A stretch of 24,000 nucleotides of DNA. Source: Nitrososphaerota archaeon (GTDB lineage: Archaea > Thermoproteota > Nitrososphaeria_A > Caldarchaeales > Wolframiiraptoraceae). The position numbers and the translations under genes were made by a program. This document shows, piece by piece, positions 16,942 through 23,343 of this stretch; the stretch's first letter is position 1; each line of letters starts with the position of its first letter. The stretch lies in assembly GCA_021163925.1 (NCBI GenBank), contig JAGGTD010000006.1:1-24000 (forward strand), read 5' to 3'. A model generated the notes under the pieces. It saw nothing but the letters and a program-made list of their open reading frames with translations, was not told the origin of the DNA and did no database searches.

Positions 16942-18472
16942 TGAACTCGTCGAGAAACTTGAAGAACATTTGAGAAGCAGGGGCAGAGAGATAAAGGTAT
17001 ATCGGCGGTCAATCACCACCCAATCCGGCACAGTATCACTTCTAATTAGAGAAGGATTGGATAAGAAGTTCGTGATGATATATCGTGAGGAGAGCGACCT
17101 CGTCGAGAGCTTCAAGGCTGAAGAGGAGGGTGAGCTCGACGGATACAGGTATAGAATCTGCCCATGCAATCATGAAAACGCGCTAGCCCTGAGAAGATAC
17201 TTCCCATACACGAGGCCGAGCCGGCTAGCGAAGGGATCGACGATAGGGATGGGGGATAGGATAGGCGTCGCGACCCCCGGCCACATAAGAGCTGCAAGAG
17301 AGTTTAGGATCTTTCCGGCCCTAGCACAGCAATCGATCAGAGAGATGGGGAGGACGGGGAGATCTCCTGAAGAGGTCTTGGACGATGTTTCTTGGGCGGT
17401 CTTCCAAGAAGGCTACCGAGATGGATTCGCGGCCGACGCAGACCACCTAAAGACCCTAGAGGATATCGATAGAACCTTCAAAGCTGGATTCACGATGTAT
17501 ACGTTAGATCCATCCGACTATGTAGACGATCTAGCCGGCACCTATGATCTCAAAACCTTGAGGGAGAAGTTTGATGGGCTTCCATGGAAAGAGCTTGGAT
17601 GTGACCCAAGAAGTTGCCTGAATAGATATGTCGGTCCAAGATTCAGGCTGAGATCCTCTGAGGGGGAGGTCGATATAACCTTCTCCGAGGAGGTGTTGAT
17701 GAGATCCGCTGTCAAATACTCCAAGGCCATCGCCCACATCTTAAAGATGTATAATCGATTAGTCGAGCTATTCGATGGAAAACGCTTCGACCTAGAAATA
17801 TCGGTCGATGAAACCGCAAGCCCCACAACGCCTCAAGAACACTTCTTCATAGCATCGGAGCTTAAGAGGCTGGGAGTTAGATTTGATGGGCTGGCTCTAA
17901 GATTTGTCGGCGCATTTGAGAAGGCGGTTGATTACCGCGGAGATCTAAAGATGTTTGAGGAGACCTTTAAGACCCATGTAATTATCGCGAAGAGCCTCGG
18001 CCCATATAAGCTGAGCATACATTCTGGAAGCGACAAGTTCTCAATCTATCCAATCATCGGGAAGTGGGCTAAGGGGATGTTCCACCTAAAGACCGCAGGC
18101 ACATCATATCTCGAAGCGCTTAGAGTCGTTGCGAGACATGACCCAAGATTATTCAGGGAGATAATAGATTATTCGATGAAGTGCTTTGAAAGGGATAAGG
18201 CGACATATATGATCAGCACGAAGATCGAGTCGATTCCAGATCATAGAATGTGTCGTGATGAGGAACTGGAGGACGTATTTCTGAATAGGGATGAAGGAAG
18301 GCAGCTACTCCACGTAACCTATGGATCGATCCTAACGGCGAGGGATTCTAATGGGAGATGGATATTCAGGGATAAGATCAGGAAAATTCTGCTCGAGAAT
18401 GAGGAAGAATATTATCAGCTCCTCCAAAATCATTTCAGAAAACATTTAACGGCATTAGGTCTAAAAGGGTGA
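16919..18472 (+). CDS. uxaE: UxaE-family tagaturonate/fructuronate (ketohexuronate C4) epimerase
   Basis: Long colinear resemblance to remembered Thermotoga UxaE: CNHENALALRRYFP, GMGDRIGVATPGHIRA, FPALAQQSIRE..RTGRS, VLDDVSWAVFQEGYRDGFAADADHLK, FTMYTLDPSD, SIHSGSDKFSIYP, KTAGTSYLEAL, LLHVTYGS. The TTG start overlaps the upstream stop by 23 nt; an alternative TTG lies at 16970. Confidence 0.85.
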   Translation: MSRSCQADELVEKLEEHLRSRGREIKVYRRSITTQSGTVSLLIREGLDKKFVMIYREESDLVESFKAEEEGELDGYRYRICPCNHENALALRRYFPYTRPSRLAKGSTIGMGDRIGVATPGHIRAAREFRIFPALAQQSIREMGRTGRSPEEVLDDVSWAVFQEGYRDGFAADADHLKTLEDIDRTFKAGFTMYTLDPSDYVDDLAGTYDLKTLREKFDGLPWKELGCDPRSCLNRYVGPRFRLRSSEGEVDITFSEEVLMRSAVKYSKAIAHILKMYNRLVELFDGKRFDLEISVDETASPTTPQEHFFIASELKRLGVRFDGLALRFVGAFEKAVDYRGDLKMFEETFKTHVIIAKSLGPYKLSIHSGSDKFSIYPIIGKWAKGMFHLKTAGTSYLEALRVVARHDPRLFREIIDYSMKCFERDKATYMISTKIESIPDHRMCRDEELEDVFLNRDEGRQLLHVTYGSILTARDSNGRWIFRDKIRKILLENEEEYYQLLQNHFRKHLTALGLKG

Positions 18473-19593
18473 AGCCGTTTCGCAGAGAGCCTAATGAACT
18501 GACTAGTAAAGATCGGGAGACCAAAATCGTTGAATTTTCTTTTCGAGAGTTAAGGTTTAAATATGTAGAGGAGAGAAATATTGGCATGAAGCCAACCGTC
18601 TATGTAACGAGAAGAATTCCGGAAGTAGGGATCAAGCTCTTAGAAGAATACTGTGAAGTCAGGTATAGAGATGAGGTTCCGTCGCCTCCAAGAGATGAGT
18701 TGTTGAAGGCTGTGGAGGACGTTGACGCCATATTCTGCACCCTGAATGAGAGGATAGATAAAGAGCTCATCGATAGGGCGAAGAAGTTGAGGGTCGTTGG
18801 GACGATGAGCGTCGGATACGATCACATAGACTTGGAATATGCCACCTCAAAGGGGATCTACGTGGTTTACACTCCTGGAGTTCTGACGGAGACCGTGGCT
18901 GATCACGCTTGGGCTCTTCTGCTAGCGGCGGCCAGAAGGGTTGTGGAGGCGGATAATATGATAAGGAGTGGTGAGTGGACGATCCCATGGGCGCCGACCA
19001 TGATGTTGGGGCACGATGTCTATGGAAAAGTTCTGGGGATAATAGGTCTGGGGAGAATAGGCTATGCCGTTGCAAAGCGGGCGAAAGGTTTCAACATGCG
19101 AGTCCTATATTATGACGTTGTTAGGCGCGAGCAGGCCGAGAAAGAGCTTGGAGTCGAGTATGCATCGATAGAGAGAATTTTGAAGGAATCCGACTTCGTC
19201 TCGATACACGTTCCACTAACCCCGGAGACCAGGGGACTGATAGGCGAGAAGGAGCTTAGAATGATGAAGAAGACCGCGGTGCTGGTGAATACGGCTAGGG
19301 GGCCTGTGGTCGATCAGAAGGCTTTGGCAAAGGCTCTCGAGGAAGGATGGATCGCCGCCGCGGGATTGGATGTATTTGAGAAGGAGCCGATAGACCCCGA
19401 CGACCCGCTATTGAAGTTGAAGAACGTGGTCCTAACCCCGCATATAGCCAGCGCCTCACACGACACTAGAAATAAGATGGCCGAGCTAACCGCTGAGGGC
19501 ATAATTAAAGTCTTGAAAGGGGAAAGGCCGGACAACCTCTGCAATCCGGATGTGCTCAAGGTAAGACCGCTCGACCAAGTGAAGCTCATCTGA
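18469..19593 (+). CDS. gyaR: D-2-hydroxyacid dehydrogenase, GyaR-type glyoxylate/hydroxypyruvate reductase (probable true start 18586, 335 aa)
   Basis: From MKPTVYVTRRIPEVGIKLLE onward it is colinear with remembered Pyrococcus GyaR (GIIGLGRIGYAVAKRAKGFNMRVLYY, VNTARGPVVD, GLDVFEKEP, LTPHIASAS). A TTTAAATAT box at 18555-18563 lies ~25 nt before ATG 18586. The 39-codon GTG-initiated extension is probably not translated. Confidence 0.88.
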   Translation: MKPFRREPNELTSKDRETKIVEFSFRELRFKYVEERNIGMKPTVYVTRRIPEVGIKLLEEYCEVRYRDEVPSPPRDELLKAVEDVDAIFCTLNERIDKELIDRAKKLRVVGTMSVGYDHIDLEYATSKGIYVVYTPGVLTETVADHAWALLLAAARRVVEADNMIRSGEWTIPWAPTMMLGHDVYGKVLGIIGLGRIGYAVAKRAKGFNMRVLYYDVVRREQAEKELGVEYASIERILKESDFVSIHVPLTPETRGLIGEKELRMMKKTAVLVNTARGPVVDQKALAKALEEGWIAAAGLDVFEKEPIDPDDPLLKLKNVVLTPHIASASHDTRNKMAELTAEGIIKVLKGERPDNLCNPDVLKVRPLDQVKLI

Positions 19594-19606
19594 CTCCGCA
19601 GATGAG
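19585..19606. terminator. Inverted repeat between convergent genes (candidate bidirectional terminator)
   Basis: CTCATCTG-actccg-CAGATGAG forms an 8-bp stem spanning the gyaR-like stop. It is followed by a T-rich stretch (cctcgatttt) and lies in the 29-nt gap before the convergent gene's stop at 19623. Confidence 0.45.
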
Positions 19607-19622
19607 CCTCTATCCTCGATTT

Positions 19623-20069
19623 TCATTCTTTTATAATCTCCACTTCCACTTCTTCTCCATCCTTAACCTTCCTCAGATCCTCAAGTCCTTCGGTGATCCT
19701 CCCTAAAGGCTTTACGGGACTATAAGCCACGGGCTTATCTCCCTTGCTGACCGGGGTTGGTCCGAAGAAGAGGCATAACGCATTTCCAGGTGGCCAGTAG
19801 GCTACTTCTCCAACCTCCATCTCTCTCCTCTCGCCGCTAAGGTTGAGCTTTATTGGAAGCTCAAAATAGATCTCATCCCCCCATCTCTCCGCCTCAGATT
19901 TGAACGGCGACTTCTCCGATAATCTTTCAAGCTCGGGATCATCCTCAAGTCTTGATGCGGCCTCAACTCCACCGCTAAACTTGAATCTAACGATGTATGG
20001 CATAGTCTCTGCGCTAAGGAGGTTTTGACGGATTTTTAAATATTTCGTCCATCGTGCATGAAGCAGCAA
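19623..20069 (-). CDS. Cyclophilin-like-fold protein of unknown function (TM1367/PF04126-like); probable true start ATG 20003
   Basis: The family-typical block EVGEVAYWPPGNALCLFFGPTP follows EIYFELPIKL. An A/T box (AAATATTTAAAAA, minus sense, ~20033-20045) lies ~35 nt upstream of ATG 20003 (MPYIVRFKF). Confidence 0.6.
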   Translation of the reverse strand: MLLHARWTKYLKIRQNLLSAETMPYIVRFKFSGGVEAASRLEDDPELERLSEKSPFKSEAERWGDEIYFELPIKLNLSGERREMEVGEVAYWPPGNALCLFFGPTPVSKGDKPVAYSPVKPLGRITEGLEDLRKVKDGEEVEVEIIKE

Positions 20070-20157
20070 CGGCTCTCATTTCCCGATTTTACCTCAAGAT
20101 GAATTCATTAAAACTTTTTAGGACGGCGAACAGATAAAATTCGAGGTGTGATAAAGA

Positions 20158-21075
20158 ATGGAGGATTTGAGTAGATATGTAGAGCTAGGTATAGTGCATT
20201 TCATGGCGTTCCCTGAAACCATTAGGGGAGAGAAGGGGATATTGGAATCAATCAGGAAGATATTGCTCGACGACGACTTCAAGGTGATAGAGGTTACTTG
20301 GATCAAGGATCCGAAGGTTAGGAAGGAGGCAGCTGAACTATTTGATCAGTCGGGCATCAAGGTCCTTTACGCCGCCCAGCCAAGAGTACTTCTACAAGGA
20401 CTAAATCCCAACGCCCTTAATGAGGAGGAGAGGAAAAGGGCTGTTGAAGATCTGAAGAAGGGAATCGATGAGGCCATCGAGATAGGGGCTAAAGGCTTCG
20501 CATTCCTCGCCGGAAAGGATCCGGGTCCCGAGAAAAGATCTGAGGCGAAGAAACAGCTGATCAAAACCATAAGTGAACTTTGTGATTATGCCCGCTCAAG
20601 GGAGAAGGATCTCATGGTGGAGCTGGAGATCTTCGACCGAGAGATCGATAAGAGAGCGCTTATAGGCCCCTCTAAGGAAGCGGCTGAGATCGCTAAGATT
20701 GTCAGAAAAGAGCACTCGAATTTCGGCCTACTCCATGACCTAAGCCATCTACCCCTACTCGGAGAGTCTCCTAAAGAAGCCTTGGAACCTATCAAAAAGT
20801 ATCTAACTCATATCCACATAGGTAGCTGCGTACTCGACCCATCTCATGAAGCTTATGGAGATAAGCATCCAAGGTTTCAGCTCAAAGGTAGTGAGGTGGA
20901 TGTCTACGACCTACGAGACTTCCTAAAGACTCTATTCGACATAGGCTACCTAGGCGGAGAGCCGAAGGTAGTGAGCTTCGAAGTCTCCCCTAGACCTGGA
21001 GAAGACCCGGAGCTGGTCATCGCGAGCTCAAAGAGGTTCCTGTGGAGAGCGTGGTCGATGCTCGAGATACCATAG
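20158..21075 (+). CDS. Second xylose-isomerase-like TIM-barrel protein (sugar-phosphate isomerase/epimerase superfamily), specificity unknown
   Basis: E-D-H-E type metal-site spacing: MVELEIFD, LLHDLSHLP, THIHIGSC, VSFEVSP. 305 aa. GAGGTG motif 8 nt upstream of the ATG. Confidence 0.65.
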   Translation: MEDLSRYVELGIVHFMAFPETIRGEKGILESIRKILLDDDFKVIEVTWIKDPKVRKEAAELFDQSGIKVLYAAQPRVLLQGLNPNALNEEERKRAVEDLKKGIDEAIEIGAKGFAFLAGKDPGPEKRSEAKKQLIKTISELCDYARSREKDLMVELEIFDREIDKRALIGPSKEAAEIAKIVRKEHSNFGLLHDLSHLPLLGESPKEALEPIKKYLTHIHIGSCVLDPSHEAYGDKHPRFQLKGSEVDVYDLRDFLKTLFDIGYLGGEPKVVSFEVSPRPGEDPELVIASSKRFLWRAWSMLEIP

Positions 21076-21079
21076 ATCC

Positions 21080-21095
21080 AAAAAAATATTTTTTT
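21080..21095 (+). terminator. A7-TA-T7 palindrome / oligo-T tract after the TIM-barrel gene
   Basis: AAAAAAATATTTTTTT sits 5 nt after the stop at 21075. Oligo-T tracts are the usual archaeal intrinsic termination signal. Confidence 0.5.
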
Positions 21096-21230
21096 AATCT
21101 CTCAACAGCTTTTCACTCTCAAAATTTCGTCGCTATCCCTTAGAGATTATTTGGTAAACCGATCCTTTAAGAGGTCTGGGAGCCTGCCGGAAAAAACAGT
21201 TTTATAATCCCGATTATGTGAATAGGAATA

Positions 21231-21324
21231 GCCGGCGTAGCTCAGTCTGGGAGAGCGGCGGGCTGTTAAAGATCATAGACTTGCAGAGACCCGTCGGTCG
21301 GAGGTTCAAATCCTCCCGCCGGCG
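21231..21324 (+). tRNA. tRNA-Asn (anticodon GTT) with a 20-nt canonical-position intron (21269-21288)
   Basis: GCCGGCG-TA-GCTC-AGTCTGGGA-GAGC-G-GCGGG-CTGTTA[AAGATCATAGACTTGCAGAG]A-CCCGT-CGGTC-GGAGG-TTCAAAT-CCTCC-CGCCGGC-G. Loop CTGT pairs with intron GCAG, leaving 3-nt bulges (TAA and AGA) that carry both splice sites, which is BHB-like. GTTTTATAATCC box ~25 nt upstream. No CCA. Confidence 0.9.
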
Positions 21325-21340
21325 AACTTATATATGATGA

Positions 21341-21363
21341 GAGGTTGAGCTTATCCTCCCGCC
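21341..21363 (+). repeat. Degenerate direct duplicate of the tRNA-Asn 3' end
   Basis: GAGGTTgagcttATCCTCCCGCC compared with the tRNA T-arm/acceptor GAGGTTcaaATCCTCCCGCC (21301-21320). There are 17 identical positions with a 3-nt length difference in the loop, 40 nt downstream. Confidence 0.6.
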
Positions 21364-21417
21364 AACCTATAGTAATACTTATTTATTTAAGGGTGAGATG
21401 TTTACAGTGTGGGATAG

Positions 21418-22235
21418 GTGATTAGGGTTTCTGTGGATGAGTTGAGGAGTGTTAAGCCCCTTATCTGCTATAATATGATCTTCGACCCAAATGCGAATTT
21501 TAAGACGATCTTGTTGAAGGATCTGATCTATAATCCTGATAATGTTGAGAGGATTCTTCGGGTGATTAGGAGTTGCGGTGGGAGGCTCAGATTAATGCCT
21601 CCATCGAATCCCTTGGGCCAAGTGGTTGACATGGCCTTTATCCTTGAATGTCCTGATGGGGTTGAGGAGGTTATCGCCAGAAAGATTGAGGAGCTTGGAG
21701 TGTGTAGGGAGGTTGAGATAATAGAGTCTCTGGATCGGAGGATTGCGATAAGCCCATTCTTCCCGATAATCTCTAGTGGTAGAAGGACGATAATAATGCC
21801 CGAGATACTTTATGCGAATCTGTTTGAGGGCATGAGGACGAGATTTAAGCCAGCATTGACCCAGATATTCCTTTATCAGCTCGGAATTCAGGTGGGAGCG
21901 AGCCTCGCCGAACTCCTGAAAGACATCCTAGAAAGGTATAGGGATGATCCGATCAACGCCTTGAGAATATTATTCCATTTTGGGAGAGCCTTCGGCTACA
22001 ATGTTCTAGACAGGCTTGAGATATTGGATGATAAGATAGTTTTAGAGGTTTTGGATGGATGGGAGGCCAAAGCGCTTAAGAAGAGATACACGTCTCCACA
22101 ATGCCATCTAACCAGAGGGATCATCGAGGGATTCCTGAATGAGGCGGGGGGGGGAAGTGGAATGTTGAGGAGACAGAGTGCATGGCCATGGGCTTTGAGC
22201 GCTGTAAATTCGTGATCTGGAGGAAGACCAAATAA
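21418..22235 (+). pseudogene. V4R-domain (4-vinyl-reductase-type small-molecule-binding) protein gene interrupted by a frameshift in a G8-9 run
   Basis: Track ORF 21418..22215 ends ...SPQCHLTRGIIEGFLNEAGGGSGMLRRQSAWPWALSAVNS*. The frame starting right after the G-run (~22146-22154) reads KWNVEETECMAMGFERCKFVIWRKTK*, the expected V4R C-terminus (E-x-x-C-x7-C-x-F). The N-terminal ~100 aa are unassigned. Confidence 0.7.
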
Positions 22236-22311
22236 GCGTAAAAATGCGGAACGAGATACCGTCCGCGGCTGATCAAATACACTAAACCATCTCCTTGAGG
22301 TTTAAGGAGGA

Positions 22312-22396
22312 CGCGGCGGGCGGGATTTGAACCCGCGAGGCCCACTGGGCCACAGGCTTAGCAGGCCTGCCCCCTACCAGGCTAGGGAACCGCCGC
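22312..22396 (-). tRNA. tRNA-Ser (anticodon GCT), class II with long variable arm
   Basis: The reverse complement reads GCGGCGG-TT-CCCTAGCCTGGTAGGGGG-CAGGC-CTGCTAA-GCCTG-TGGCCCAGTGGGCCTC-GCGGG-TTCAAAT-CCCGC-CCGCCGC-G (85 nt). CGCTATAAATGAG box ~25 nt upstream. No CCA. A CTCCTT-gaggttt-AAGGAG hairpin (22291-22309) lies just downstream. Confidence 0.9.
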
Positions 22397-22492
22397 CGAT
22401 CTTAGCATGTAATCTCTCATTTATAGCGTTTTTGCGGTAAATCTTTTTAGGCTGGCTGGATTCTCTCTCTAGTGGATTGGTGAAGGGAAGGA

Positions 22493-22759
22493 GTGTCTGA
22501 GGATCCTTCCTCCTTGTCGAGGGTCGTATTGGATATTCTAAAACCTCACATCCCATCCCTCGTCGAGTTCTGCAGAGAGATCTCAAAGGTTAAAGGGGTT
22601 AAAAAGGTGAATGGAATAGTTGTAGAGGTAGACGCCGAGACCGACAGCATCAAGCTCACGGTCGAAGGCAGGAACATAGACTTCGACGAACTCCAATCGG
22701 TCGTGAAGAAGCTTGGGGCGGCGATCCACAGCGTCGATGAGGTCTTGGTCGAGGGATGA
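22493..22759 (+). CDS. DUF211-family small archaeal protein
   Basis: The 88-aa ORF matches the remembered DUF211 pattern: RVVLDILKPH.PSLVEF...VKGV..VN..V.E.D.ET.S.K.T.EG..IDFDE....V..LGAAIHSVDEV. GTG start. The stop overlaps the next gene's start (ATGA). Confidence 0.75.
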   Translation: MSEDPSSLSRVVLDILKPHIPSLVEFCREISKVKGVKKVNGIVVEVDAETDSIKLTVEGRNIDFDELQSVVKKLGAAIHSVDEVLVEG

Positions 22760-23343
22760 AGATGTTTAAGAGGCTTAAGCGAATCTTAAGATACTCAGAG
22801 TCCGCGGAATACCCTAGAAGATACGCCGTCATGAACGCATTCGACGGCGTAATAACGATCCTTGGGATAATCTTGGGATCAAAGCTGCTCGGATCCGCTG
22901 AAGCCGGGCAGATAGTTGCGGCGAGCGTGGGCGCATTGATAGCGATGGGGGTCTCAGGGGCTAGCGGCACCTATATAACGGAGATGGCTGAGCAGGAGAG
23001 AAAGATCAAGGAGCTTCAAGACGCCATGCTAACGAATCTTGAGGGAACAATCCTCGTTAAGGCTCATAGAGAGGCCGCCGTGATCTCAGCTCTAGTGGAT
23101 TCAGCCGCAGCCATCTCCGCCGGGCTTCTAGCGGTTACGCCGTATTTCTTAACCGTGGCCGGATACATATCCGAGATCGCCGCATTCTATTCATCCTTGA
23201 TAATCTCCCTCTCCCTACTATTCGCCCTCGGAGTATTCCTTGGAAAGGTTGCGGGCAGAAGCTTACTGTTCTCTGGGCTCAAGGCGCTTGGAATAGGATG
23301 CCTCACCCTCCTCTTCCTACTACTCCTGAACCTAATTCTTTAA
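22756..23343 (+). CDS. Short VIT1/CCC1-family (DUF125) membrane protein
   Basis: YAVMNAFDGVITILGIILG is the family-typical first helix. It is followed by a cytosolic coiled segment (EMAEQERKIKELQDAM) and 3-4 further hydrophobic helices. 195 aa. The 4-nt overlap with the DUF211 gene suggests translational coupling. Confidence 0.7.
   Translation: MKMFKRLKRILRYSESAEYPRRYAVMNAFDGVITILGIILGSKLLGSAEAGQIVAASVGALIAMGVSGASGTYITEMAEQERKIKELQDAMLTNLEGTILVKAHREAAVISALVDSAAAISAGLLAVTPYFLTVAGYISEIAAFYSSLIISLSLLFALGVFLGKVAGRSLLFSGLKALGIGCLTLLFLLLLNLIL

Noticed and set aside
18469-18585. The 39-codon N-terminal extension of the GyaR-like ORF (GTG start overlapping the UxaE stop), suggesting coupling or a novel domain.
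   Set aside because: The extension has no counterpart in GyaR homologues as I remember them. It contains a TATA-like box (18555-18563), and the canonical N-terminus MKPTVYVTR begins at ATG 18586.
21334-21400. ATGATGA (C-box-like) just downstream of tRNA-Asn, suggesting a C/D box sRNA.
   Set aside because: No CTGA D or D' box at the required spacing, and no terminal stem. The heptamer alone is not evidence.
22121-22345. 74-aa minus-strand ORF spanning the V4R 3' end and starting inside tRNA-Ser.
   Set aside because: Its start codon lies within the tRNA T-arm and acceptor sequence, and its Pro run is just the complement of the G homopolymer. It is not credible as a gene.
1624-22970. The many 61-149-aa track ORFs lying antisense to or out of frame within the large genes. 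Examples: 1624..1836, 1879..2145, 2221..2442, 2459..2818, 2903..3193, 3394..3585, 3644..3832, 4833..5054, 6700..6906, 7236..7457, 7752..8000, 8248..8460, 8671..8880, 9001..9339, 10688..10873, 11596..12013, 12230..12547, 14172..14507, 15489..15999, 16933..17297, 17531..17826, 18640..19075, 19314..19589, 20118..20306, 20367..20795, 22374..22586, 22656..22970, 23479..23718.
   Set aside because: Each is fully embedded in a longer ORF with clear family motifs. They have biased or low-complexity composition, no promoter or SD context, and no motifs I recognise. I treat them as shadow ORFs.
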